From assembly GCA_963693365.1 (NCBI GenBank), contig CAVNZM010000002.1, positions 5,658,259 through 5,722,258 of the forward strand: a DNA stretch of 64,000 bases. Reading direction: 5' to 3'. A program made the translations under genes and the position numbers. The notes under the pieces are model-generated. The model saw only the letters and a program-made list of their open reading frames with translations. It was not told the DNA's origin and did no database searches. The stretch's first letter is position 1. Every line of letters starts with the position of its first letter. Positions 23,936 to 39,376 of this stretch are shown here, one piece after another. The stretch is from Amoebidium appalachense. Taxonomy: Eukaryota; Protista; Ichthyosporea.

Positions 23936-25109
23936 GAGGGGGGGAGGGGGCGAGCACCCAAGGGGGGGGGGGAGGGGGGAGGGGAGGGGAGGGGAGAGGG
24001 GCGGGGACAGGTCCGGGGGGGAGGTGGGGGGCGGGGGGGGGACGAGGAGGAGCAAGGTAGTGCTTGCCTTGTTCGTTGTTGTCTGTCGTGGGACTGGAAA
24101 TAACGGGTTCTGTGGGATAGAGCTGCAAGAGAACATGTGACGTGTAGGTTTTTATTTTTGTGTTTTGAGGCGTATTTTTGGCGATGGGTGGGTGTTGGTG
24201 GCGGAGGGGGGGGGTGCGGTGGGGAGGAGGGGGGGGGGGGGGGGGGGGAGGGGCTGCTGCTGGTGGTGGTGGGGCGAGGGGGGAGAGGGGGGAGGGTAGG
24301 AGGGTCGTGTAGGAAGAAAAGAAATTTCACTGTTGGGGTTGGAAGGGAACCTGTGGGGGTTGTTTCACCTCTAAGGACACACCTATTGAAGTTGGGCACA
24401 GAAACATTCATGGTGGGCAAATCGGAGGAGGGGCAAGGTGGTGGAAGTAGGGCCGGCGGGGGGTAGGAAGGTGGGCGGAGGAGGAGGAGGGGGGGGGGGG
24501 GGGGAGGGTAGGAGGGTCGTGTAGGAAGAAAAGAAATTTCACTGTTGGGGTTGGAAGGGAACCTGTGGGGGGTGTTTCACCTCTAAGTACACACCTATTG
24601 AAGTTGGGCACAGAAACATTCATGGTGGGCAAATCGGAGGAGGGGCAAGGTGGTGGAAGTAGGGCCGGCGGGGGGTAGGAAGGTGGGCGGAGGAGGAGGA
24701 GGGGGGGGGGGGGGGGGGGAGAGAGAGGGGGGAGGAGGAGGGGGGGGGGGGGGGAGATGGTTGTGGCTATGTTGTTATAAGCTTTTTTTTTGTTTTTTTG
24801 TTTTTTTTTTGCATTCACTGTTTCCATCTCTCGCTCTCTCAAGCGCTCTTGCTTTGCACATCCCGGGAGTCATTTACTGGAAAAATGAGCGCACTATAGG
24901 AAGAGGTTAGTTGCATGTCCAAGGGTCTGTGGGTTTGGGGTCTCCTGGAAAAGAAATAGAGGGACCTAAGATGTCATTGGAAACCGGGTGCATGTTTTAC
25001 GCTTCTCCTTGTTTCTGCGAGTGGCCGTTTTTTTTTTGTTTTTTTTTTTGCCTTTTCTTTTCTTTTCTTTTCTTTTCTTTTTCTTTCTTTCTTTCTTTTT
25101 TTTTTTTTT

Positions 25110-25140
<31 letters not shown>

Positions 25141-26188
25141 GGGGGGATATGGGACAAGAGCAAATGGAGTGTGAGCGGAGGTTACTAGAGAGGCATTCCA
25201 ATTTCCCCACTTACGAACTTACGAGATTGAGCTATGGACTATGCCCCACATTAACAGGGTCATTTTGCTTATTTGAGTCTGTGCGATGCAGAAACCTGAC
25301 AGGCGAATCGCATCATTCGACATCGGGGTTAGGAATTTTGCCGTTGCGGTAATCGACACATACGGGCCCACATATAGAATCGTGCACTGGGAGCCGTCGT
25401 TTTCTATTGGACCAACACAGAAGGAGGCAAAAAAGAAGGTGTTGCAGGCAGCAGAAGCAAAAAGGGTGAAAAAGGCGGCGCTGAAGCAGGCAAAATTGGC
25501 GGGTGTTATTCCGGATATGCTACTGGAATTTTCAACAGAAGAGGGTGCGGGTGGGAGCGAGGTGGGATTGAAGGAGGAACAGGTAATCGGGCTGATAAGG
25601 GAACTTTCTTCTAGAAGGGATGTTCTGCAGGGGGTAACACACGTGGTACTCGAGTCGCAACCGCTGTATGGCGGATATATTTACCTGGAGTCAGCAGTAA
25701 TGGCATATTTTCTGACCTTGGACATGTCGTTGAAGAAATCCCCAGAAATTTCAAATATCGAATCGGACGGCTTGGTTTCTCTGCACCGGCAGGGTTCGGC
25801 CAAGCGGCACTATTGCCATTATTGGATATCACATGCCATAGACACGTTAAATTCAGCCAACGTGTGGCAGTGGGGGGGCTTTTCACCCACCGACCCCCAC
25901 ATTTCTTCCCTCCGCCAAAACCCCAAAACTTCTTCCGAGCTAAAGAACTACTCTATGATCGATGCCATGTTTGCCTTGAGACTTCAGCCGGAAAGGAAAT
26001 GGCGCGAAATGTTTATGCAATTTCCCGAGCCCGAACACTCAGCCGACGCACTCCTACACGGCTTGCATTTTGCGTTTGGGAAAGGGGCAAAGGTAGAACA
26101 TGTTGCGAGGGAGAAATCGATCAAAAAGGCGCGCAGGCTTTCTGGCGGAAGGAAGAGGAAGGTGGAAGTGAACCCGGACAGCGAATAA
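23188..26188 (+). CDS. RuvC-fold Holliday-junction resolvase (Ydc2/Cce1/poxvirus A22-like); exons 23188-23304, 23698-23805, 25292-26188 (alternative acceptor 25258 would need a +1 shift)
   Basis: Motifs IASFDIGVRNFAVAVI, VVLESQP and EHSADALLHG. Two upstream phase-0 exons encode an acid-free, basic N-terminus followed by PKKRR; the C-terminus has KKARRLSGGRKRK. The catalytic exon is secure; the upstream exons are inferred. Confidence 0.8.
24291..24700. repeat. 212-bp-period near-identical tandem duplication in resolvase intron 2
   Basis: Copies start at 24291 and 24503; two substitutions seen in the unique part. Confidence 0.9.
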
Positions 26189-26944
26189 TTTGGCATTTGT
26201 TTTTTTCGCTGTAAGTTGTGAGCCCTACGAACATACCTTGAATCGACCTTATTTTGCATGGATCTCCGGAATTTTTTTCTGTTTGCGAATTCAATATTGC
26301 TCTCTAAGCTAAACTGCCCCCTAATGGGTGCCTAGAATTCGAGACTGCATGGACGATATCTGGCAACCATTATTTCAATTTGTACAGTAACTAGTAAAGC
26401 CAACCGCGGGGGGAGGGAGAGCGGAGGGGTGGAGGATGGGGGATGGGGAGAGCAAGGTAATTGAATATAGGACATTGCACTGATCGAAGGCCTATCATGA
26501 TCAGAACCACGATTATTATGCCATGTTGCTGCATGCAGCATAATTTATGGATTTATTAATAGGTAGGTGGCTGTACGTACAATGTTGTATCATATCGACA
26601 TCTATGCACATCTGAAATAATGGAATGAATGCGGCAGCTGGGGCCCAGACACCAGTTGTTCCATTCGCACATTTTTTTAGCAGCAGAGAGGTTTCGAAGT
26701 TCGAACCCTCCCCCCCAACAACACATACACAACCTTGTATTTTGAATGTGGGACTTTTTTTTCCCTTTTTCATTCTGATACTCCTGGCCGTATCCCCCCC
26801 CCCCCCCCCCCTGGGCCTCCCCTCCCCCACCCTTCTCCCACCCTCCAATCGCCCTCTCCGCTCCCCTCCCCCCACCCTTCCCCCACCCTCGAGCTCCAAC
26901 CGGCCTCTCCGCTTTGTCTCTCTTGCTTTGCCCTGCACCCATCC

Positions 26945-26981
<37 letters not shown>

Positions 26982-27267
26982 TTGCATGTGTGTGTCATGT
27001 GCGTGTGTGCGTGTGTGCGCGCGGGTGTATGTGTGTGTGTGTCACGTGTATGCGCGTGTGTGCGCGCGAGTTGTTTGTGTGTACGTGTGCATGCATACAC
27101 GAGTGCACCTGCACTCACAAATATACTTGTGTAAATGAGCAGGGTGACTCAGAAGGGGTGGGGAGGCCCGGGGGGAGGGGAGGATTTAAGAGGGGCTGGG
27201 GGGAAGGGGGGGGGGGGATCCACCACCCCACACACCCAACTTAGTCCCTCACTCAGGCTACCCCTTC

Positions 27268-27315
<48 letters not shown>

Positions 27316-27578
27316 CCCCTTAGTGGGGGCCCCACCCACGAACGAGGCTGCCTTGGGGAGGGGGGGAGGGGGCCGGGGGGGGGGGGGGGGTCCACCATCA
27401 AGGGGGGCGCCGATATTTAAACATCCCCCCCCCCCCCCCCAAATCTTAAATATTGAATCCCTTATCAAAACTTGCGACAAATTAATTGAATTCACACGCA
27501 CACACACTCCCATCTATAGAGTCTGAGACACATACCGCACACAGTGTATGCACACACACACACACACAAAAACACACG

Positions 27579-27611
<33 letters not shown>

Positions 27612-27647
27612 CGTGACGTGCACATACACACATGCACACACACACAC

Positions 27648-27699
<52 letters not shown>

Positions 27700-27967
27700 A
27701 GCAACATTAACTCCGTTAAGCATGCAGGTCACGGAGTACGACAATATTGTTGCCCTATCAGATGACATTGTGGGGTTTACGCTGTTTACTCGAGGCAAAG
27801 AGAAACCAGTCTCAGGTATGGGGGGGGTTTTGCTCGGAATATCCCCTCAGCGGTATATCATGATCACGTACATAGATGTCGGGTGATGACTATATATCAG
27901 GGTTTACTTTCTCTACGAGACACCATAAAGACTACAAAGAGAAATCAATTAGTTGGGGTTCCCCGTG

Positions 27968-28010
<43 letters not shown>

Positions 28011-28041
28011 GGGCTCCCCTGGGACACTCGGTATCAGCTGG

Positions 28042-28102
<61 letters not shown>

Positions 28103-28104
28103 CG

Positions 28105-29345
28105 CTAGAATTTTGTAGTGATGTGTTTCTCAAGCCAATCAATACATCTAGTAAGCAGGTCGTAGTTACGCGTGTTTAGTATAAAATCAAGGATGTTGTA
28201 ATTTACAGGTAGGCTATCTTTCTGGGTGTCTGTTGTGAATGGGACGTGTGTGTGTTGCGGTATTATGTGGTCTATCAAACTACATTTGGCGATACATGAC
28301 CGGTTAAACTGGTGTGTGTGTGTGTTGTTTGGGCATGCAAATGATGCCACCTTATACTTATTAGATCTCCACTGTATAGCACGCGTAGTACAGTAAAAGC
28401 GTGGTAATTGATCGATAATGCCATCAGCTAGAGAAAGACCAGTTCTACAGGAAGGTAATATGTATTTAGGTGTTATACATTTGCGAATGCCATATTTGGC
28501 AATATGGTTGAGGCGGTCAGTATATATAAAACGAGACATAAGGCTTAGTTTTTCAAGATAGTATGCTTTCATCGGGTCTAGTGTCGTGTGGTATCTTTTT
28601 CCATTTGTTATATTGCGTGATTATCTTGTGATTGTGTACATGTTTAATAAGTAAGTGGCAGTCCAAAGTCACACACACACTTTTGCGGGGTTTAATTTGT
28701 ATTTGTGCCCAGGGGAGAAGGGGTGAGAGAGGGAAGGAAAGAGGGGAGAGGTGAGGAGGGGACAGGTCGGATAGAGAAGAGAGGGTGGGAGGGCAAATAC
28801 TTCTTTAAGCGGCTTATGTGCTTATTGAATTTCAGCGCGAGATAGGATACTCTAGCAGCTATTGGGACCAGACCATATATCGAGAGCGTTACAGGCCCAG
28901 GTTTACAACAGTTGTTAGATAAAAAGGAGGCAACCTCTGCTTCAAGGAAATTGCCAAGGGTTTAAGCGCTCTAGTTCTCTCTTTCTTGATCCAAGCGGCG
29001 AGAAGGGGTAAGCCATATTCACATGCCGGGAAGACAAAAGTGCGAATAAATGTGTAAGTCTAATAGAAGGATGGAGGGGTGTGTCTTTAAATATATTAGC
29101 CGAGAAGAAAGCTAACCGCTTACGAGCCAACTCTACCCTCTTTTCGACCATATGGGAAAACATAACACCAACAGAATTAACCGGAACACCAAGATATTTG
29201 TATTCTGGAACTATAGGTACAGGTTTAGATGATAATGTAAATGTGTGTAAATTGTTGTTAACTATATCAGGTACAAGAACACCACATTTGTATATGTTAA
29301 GGTCGATCCGATTCAAAAGGTTTACATTGTCGGAATCTGATAATC
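28105..29345 (-). mobile_element. 5'-truncated, degenerate non-LTR retrotransposon (LINE) ORF2 remnant
   Basis: End-of-RT motifs LNIYKCGVL and VPEYKYLGV, thumb region, then a Cys/His C-terminal block AIQWR...CP...H.FNRSCIAKC...ILDFILN; frameshifts and a low-complexity insertion at about 28690-28800. Confidence 0.75.
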
Positions 29346-29412
29346 GGCAAATCAATGATCAGGGCGAGGTCCGGGGGATCGAGGTATGCCCGGTATTGTG
29401 TGGGGGGGAGGG

Positions 29413-29443
<31 letters not shown>

Positions 29444-29553
29444 TTGAAGGACTGAAGCTCTCCGGGAGGGGCGAGGGGGAGTAAGGGAGGAGTGGCCCAG
29501 GGGAGAGGGGTTCGAAGGGGGGGGGGGGGGAGGAGGGGGGGGGGGGGGGGGGA

Positions 29554-29587
<34 letters not shown>

Positions 29588-29928
29588 GGAAGGGGGGCCC
29601 CTCGGAGTTTGCCATGGGGAGACTCCTAAATTCCGATGTTGCATCGCGATCGTGACCAATCACTCACCCATATGCATCCACCCCCACGGCTAGCTCACGA
29701 ATCACAGTGACCTTGCAAAAAGCCCATACATTTGCAACTTGAGACCACATAGCACAAACCGTTGGCAAGCTAAAGGCAGGCCAACGTAGGCCCTTCAAGG
29801 CGTGTGGCATCATTTTTACAGCACAGTGTTGACTGTTTATAACGGCATATTCAGCCGGGCTCCCGTTGGCAAGTTCGTCGACAAGCTCCGACTTGGACAA
29901 CGGCTCAGTGTCACGGGCCGGCTACAAT

Positions 29929-33138
<3,210 letters not shown>

Positions 33139-33622
33139 ATAGGTATCGACCAATTCGACGTCATTACATACATACCTCTACTTTTATTACTTGTACGATC
33201 GCGATGCCCTAAATATTTTCGCAGTTGTAAGGGGAAACAATCTAAAACTGTATATATAATTAAGTTGTAGAAGTATACCCATTCAGAAGATGGGCGCATA
33301 CTGCACAAATAAAACGAGGTTTGAACAAAAAACTTTGCACAAAGCTTGTGGAAAAACATTTCCCACCCTGATTGGAATGTAGTTTTTGCATGCAGAGGAA
33401 TGACATAATTGGCTGTCCACTCACCACTTGTAGCTCGCCCAAAAAGCAGATCTTATGTCAGACGTATTCTCGAATGTTGATTGGCTCAATGTTTGATTTT
33501 TACATTTGCCAAATCGGTGAGACGTTTTATAGACCAGGTTTGCTCCTGTAACCTATCAGGTTGAAGTATTCAGGCTGCATTGGACCGAATACGGGTGCAT
33601 TGGTCTTGTCAACTTAGCAAAA

Positions 33623-33974
33623 TTGGACTGCTCCCCCTAGTTGAAAGGTTTGGGGGGAGAGCCGAAGGCTCTAAATTCGGAGCCATAGGCTCCCCCCACC
33701 CCCCCCGGGCCCCGGGGACCGGGGGCCGGCCTGGCCCGCGAGCATCCGGTCTGGACCGCGAGCACCCGGCCCGGCCCGCGGGGGGGGTTAGCATCTAGAT
33801 GCTAACCCCCCCCCCCCCGGGGCCGGGTTGGTTGCTCGCGATCCGGGCCGGGTGCTCGCGGGCCAGGCCGGCCCCCGGTACCCGGGGCCGGGGGGCGGTG
33901 GGGGGAGCCTATGGCTCCGAATTTAGAGCCTTCGGCTCTCCCCCCAAACTGTTCAACTAGGGGGAGCAGTCCAA
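33623..33974. repeat. 352-bp GC-rich spacer-less palindrome (foldback/MITE-like)
   Basis: Arms start TTGGACTGCTCCCCCTAGTTGAA and end TTCAACTAGGGGGAGCAGTCCAA; centre GTTAGCATCT|AGATGCTAAC at 33796/33797; the outer ~75 bp differ at two positions. Confidence 0.92.
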
Positions 33975-34258
33975 ACAACTACCAAAGTGTTAATGTGTAG
34001 CTGGTCAACCGTGGTTAGAGTGTGTCATAAGTTTTATAAAACCATCTTTTATTAAACACCTATAGTGTTAAATCTTTTTTTTCCCCTCTTGTTTCTTCAG
34101 TATATCTTTGGTATACCCATATGTAGACAGTGTAGTGACTCACTCACTAGTAAGACTAGGATCTTTTTTCTAAAAGAGCTCAAGAACAGCTAATGCATCA
34201 TCTTTACCATTGGTTAACAGTCATTCATTGTTCACACCGGTGTCCAAGCGTGCTCTTT

Positions 34259-34290
34259 ATTGGCTCTCGTCTTCTCAAAACAAATATAAA
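34259..34290 (+). promoter_or_regulatory. Inverted CCAAT box plus TATA box upstream of the zinc-finger gene
   Basis: ATTGG at 34259 and TATAAA at 34285, about 175 bp before ATG 34465. Confidence 0.5.
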
Positions 34291-34464
34291 GAGCCTCCAA
34301 TGCTCTCAGTAGAGTCTGAGTTGACGTAGCTTATTTGCTATCCAAATAACAGCCTCAGCGGAGTTTTTCATGCATAATGCTGTAGGTAGGAGTAACGGGC
34401 AGCAAAACACATAATTATAACTTTGAATAGGCGATAAGCTTCTATCGTAACCACCGAGGCCGCT

Positions 34465-35165
34465 ATGAAGATGGGAAGGTCTAAATTTGCGTGCACGATC
34501 GAGGGTGCAACTCTAAGCCCGCCAAACGGCACAATGCCGAACGCCACGTGTGGCTCCAGCACACCCGCAAGTGGCAAAACAGAAGGCAGGAAGACTACAA
34601 CCCAGCAGTGCACAAGAGATTCGTTGAGGGCCACATACGCCGTTTGGGAGACCACGAGCTTACGGAGCCCCCAGGGTCTCTGTCCCCTCCCGGTTCGCCT
34701 GTTATTGTCACCCCCGGCCCATTTTGTCATGGAGAAGATGACGAGTTCATGATGAGTGATGCTTCTCAAGGTGACATGAACCATCTACAAAATCCCCGAA
34801 GAGGCCTCTTCAGGCAAGACTCGATCATGGCCTTTGCATCACGCCAATCTCGCACAAGCTCAGCAACTGCATCACCCATCGCTGGCACGCCGCTCCACAG
34901 CCCAATGTTTGATGATGCAGTGATGCAACATCAACACTACAGCTATAGTTTTGCTGGGCGGGACTCTGCGAAGGAGTATTGCTACAGTGCGGGTAGTGCG
35001 AGTTCAAGTACGCCATACCCTGCCCAGTTGGCTACTAGCAGCACCTATAAGAGCGCATATTATGGGGGACCTACTGTGAACCCATATTCTGCCCTACCAC
35101 TCACAACGGCATGTGCTGATAGCTGGGGCAGGCAGTCCGAAACCCGTGTTTGGCGGCCATGGTAA
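34465..35165 (+). CDS. C2H2 zinc-finger protein with C-terminal WRPW (Groucho/TLE-type) motif; single exon, one base missing near 34503-34505
   Basis: Restoring one nt gives KFACTIEGCNSKPAKRHNAERHVWLQH (C-x4-C-x12-H-x4-H), then a Ser/Pro/Tyr-rich region ending ...ETRVWRPW-TAA. Confidence 0.75.
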
Positions 35166-36938
35166 TTTTTCTACACATACTCGGACACTTGTGGTGCTAA
35201 ATTAGACTACACGCGAATGTGGGTATTTCCGGTTTAATTTACTTGATAGTACCAGTAGCTTTGTTTTTCCGCAACCAGCCGGACTGGGGTGGAGACCTTA
35301 GTTAGCACGACTCAGAAGTTCGAGCATATTCTTGATATTCACAAAACAACTGTTTCAAAAACCACGCGCCGCGCACGTGCGCGCGCTCACACACAACATT
35401 AACACGCACCATGAGTGAATGCATATGATTACGGTAGCAAAGGAACAGTGCGACACAGAGAGCTTTTTCGTTTTTTTGAATGAAGTATTCTCCAACTTGT
35501 AGGCCCTCATGTTACCATGTGAACAAAGTTTTCGCTGATGTACTTCAGGCTGCTCTACACTAAAAAAAAAGCCCCTGAAAGCTGCACGGTAGCGTGAAGT
35601 TACATTGATACAGTTGAATGAATGGTGGAGGCAAAAATGTGCTTATTTATGGATTGTCGAAGTATTACTTCTAAGATTCATAACTTAACCAACACACGTA
35701 TGTATTGTTCCGCAGGCCATGAAAAATCATCGAAAATAAATGGTTGTGCAATTTTGTGCCAGCGATTCTGTACGGTATGGACTTCAGGCTCCCATTTCCC
35801 TCCCTTATCTCCTACAAAATCGTCTCTCTCCGTGTTCCGTGCACTCACACACGCACATGTTAATGTGTTTCAGTACACATAAAAATTGTCAGTGTGCTAA
35901 TGGTTTCTTCCGAGTGTACATTCTGTTGAAAATCATAGATCGAGTGTGATTCCTGCAGCCGTACGCTGTGCATGCCATCAGGTTAGGTGTGGAAGTGCAT
36001 TTGTATCACGAAGCCAAATGTGCATACTTGTGCATACTTGAGTGCGTTACAGTACCCGTGTGTGGGGATGCCACGTTTAGTACAGATTTACGCACGTGCA
36101 CACTGGATGATGTGTGTATGTGTGGGCGTGTGTGCCCCGGCTGCCGAGGGGTTGCTTGCAAGTTTTTATGTACGTGTCATGAGCGCATGAATGTGCATAC
36201 GTGCCACACCGTTTGCGGGCGCATGCACGTGGTATCATCGTGACGTCGACATAGATACACCCTGCGAACATGCAGTATATGCCGCGCATGTCACATAGTA
36301 TCCGTTCTAGGTGTGTACATAGTACTAGGTGTGTGTGCGCGCATGCATGATATTCCTCTCGGTGTCCACAGTTGTAGTGCCCCCCCCTGTATACCCGTGA
36401 TGTTTTCATGCCACTGGATGGACCATGTGCATGCATGCCCCTGCCGTTAATGTGCGCTACAAATCAGAAACGAAAAGGTCTCTCTGCAGAACTAAATAGT
36501 GACTTTTTTGCTACAGTATAACCTTTCTCTCGCCCCCCCCCCCCCCCCCCCTCCTCCCTCTCCCCCCTCCCCCTCTCCCCCCCCCCCCCCCCCCCCCTCC
36601 TCTCGTTTTTTCCTTTTCTTTTTCCCCCCCCCTCGCTTTGTCCCCGAAGGGGCCCCTTAGGCCCCTGCATAGGAACTAACGCCTTCCACTGTGCACCGAC
36701 GGTGCCCTGGCTAGCTAGGATGCTAATGCTACACGGCAGCTAAACTCCCATATCGTTACCGATCCTAACTACACATATAGTACACAGATAGGCCAGGGTT
36801 TTGGGCTAACCTCACCACAACCATTATTATGCAAGCCCCGAAAGTTGGTCTGAGACTAAGCACGTTCGCGTAGTCATGTATGCGTGCACAAACGAACAGG
36901 CAATCGTTAGCGTGTTGCTGCATGAAGACAACCTCCAC

Positions 36939-36973
<35 letters not shown>

Positions 36974-37473
36974 CCTCCCCCTCTCCCCCCTCCCCCCTCC
37001 CCCCTCCCCCCTCTTCGACCCCGGGCCTGCTATCGCCACAAACTTAAAAAAAAAAAAGGTTTTGGGAGGGGAAAGGGAGGGGGAGGGGAGGGGGGTTGTT
37101 CGTATTTTCTCTCCCAATCTTGACATGATGTCCCAGTGTGGTTGATGTTCATTGCCTGTACTTCTGGGCTTGAAATTCATTCGCCCTCCACCTCGCCTTC
37201 ACTCCCCCCCCCCCCCCCCCTCCCCCCTCCTCCCCTCCTCTCAATCCCTCTCCCGTCATCCCAATACTCTTAAATTCCCTACTTCCCTCCAGGGGCTGCG
37301 TCCTCCCCCCCCCCCCCCCCCCCCCATCCCCGTCACCCCTCCCCCCTCCCCCTCCCCTCCCTCACCCTTACGACCCCTCTCCCTCCCCCCCCCCAAACAC
37401 ACGCACACACCGTGACACACACATACATACACACAAACACAGCGCCACACACATACAGACACAAACGCACACA

Positions 37474-37537
<64 letters not shown>

Positions 37538-37585
37538 CGCACGTTCGCACACATGCATGCACGCACGCACGCACGCACGCACACA

Positions 37586-37617
<32 letters not shown>

Positions 37618-37736
37618 TGCACACGCACACACACACACGCACACACGCACGCACACACGCACACACGCACACATGCCCGCACGTACGCACGCACACGCAC
37701 ACACACGCACACACACACAGGCACGCACACACGCGC

Positions 37737-37775
<39 letters not shown>

Positions 37776-37849
37776 CAGTGCACACACACGCACGCATGCA
37801 TGCACTCACGGACACGCGCACTAAACAAGAGTTAGTAAGAAGTAGCCTC

Positions 37850-38165
37850 TCAGTTAGGAGAGGCAACTTGAATAATAATATTACATCTAATAGTAACATC
37901 GATAGCAGAAAAACAAACAAATAAGAATTCAGAGTAGAATCTGAATACTGGGAAGTGTTCTTGATTCCCAGGAGCTGAACATTTAAATCCTGCTTCTGCA
38001 CTATATTGTTCATTTCTTTTATATCCAACTAAAGTATAGGCGCCGATATAACTTGGATTACGGTACTCTAACTGTATTAGTATTAAAGCTGTTATTGTTA
38101 TTAACTTAGTAAGATATGGAACATTAGTTCCTAGGTACTATAGCTGTAACAGTAATACTCTAGTA
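37850..38165 (-). pseudogene. nad2: Probable NUMT: decayed mitochondrial nad2 fragment
   Basis: AT-rich island. Minus strand reads LIQLE...AYTLVGYKRNEQYSAEAGFK (core at 38038-37982), resembling the NAD2/NuoN motif LELQSL.LY.LA..KR....S.EAGLKY, followed in another frame by LLLDVILLFKL (cf. GFLFKL). Confidence 0.58.
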
Positions 38166-38196
38166 CCATAGTACTATAGCTGTAACACAGCACGCA

Positions 38197-38245
<49 letters not shown>

Positions 38246-38905
38246 GTGGCACACACACACAAATGCCCCATCAGCAAACCCTAACACAGCCCAGTGATTA
38301 GCCCATTTTGCGCCCTTCCTGCCGTAACTTCTTGTACATAACATCAACTTGATACTTCGCCTTGCATAAACGCTGGATTTCCGCAGTCACAGATACGCCG
38401 GATGGGTGGCATGTTGGACTACTGACTGTTCCATAAGCTTGTGAGTTAACAAATCACTATACCGTACTCCACTTACAGAACCTTGCTTTCGAGCTGTTGT
38501 GTTGCCAATGGGCTCCCCACCCAGTCCGCCACGTCTCTCCAACTGCATGCAAGAGCTGTGCTTTGAGGTCGCCCACCATGGGGGGGGGGGGGGGGGGGGG
38601 GGGGGGGAGGGGGGGGCACGGCATTCACTACAGCATCGGTGCAGTTTGAGCACCGTGACTCACCCGTCTTGCCACTAGAAAATTGAATCATTCGGGGTTC
38701 CCGGAATACCACTATATGTAGAGTGCGGCAAAACCAGTGGTATTTGATCTACTAAATGTAACGTGTAGGCCCTGACCCCAACCACTATCACCACTACACG
38801 CACACGCACAAATTATACACACCCGGTAGCCCAGGGTGTTTGCGGATTGGCTTCTGACATCATACCAGGCGCCTACCTGAGAAATCTGAAGGGAAAGTTA
38901 TCAGC

Positions 38906-38943
<38 letters not shown>

Positions 38944-39338
38944 CGCCCCCCGCCCCCGCCCTTCCCCGTCCCTCCCCATTAATCCCACTTCTCCCGTCCC
39001 CTCGCAAAATTACTGGAAGTCTTTTTAACCTCCCCGTAGGCTAGCTAGCTCATTGAATTCAAGTATTTTCAGCAGGTGCTGTTGCTGTACCGACTTACAT
39101 GATTTGATGCCCCCCCCCCCTCCCCTCCTCCCCCCTCTTCTCATCCCCTGCGCCAGCCTCCCACCAGCTTATACACACACACATGCACACACAAAATCAT
39201 AATTAGGTCGAGTTAATTAACATACAATTAACCGTTATCACAGTGTTATAGACCCCCCCACCCCTCCCCCCACCACCACAACCCCCCCACAACCCTCAGG
39301 CCCGGAAGTGCACACCCAGTATGTCTGCCTTAGCTGAG

Positions 39339-39376
<38 letters not shown>

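Noticed and set aside
25286-26188. Calling the RuvC ORF a TnpB/Fanzor/IscB RNA-guided nuclease
   Set aside because: RuvC-I is at the start of the domain, there is no WED/REC, HNH or CxxC finger and no transposon ends; ESQP and overall spacing fit A22/Ydc2 resolvases.
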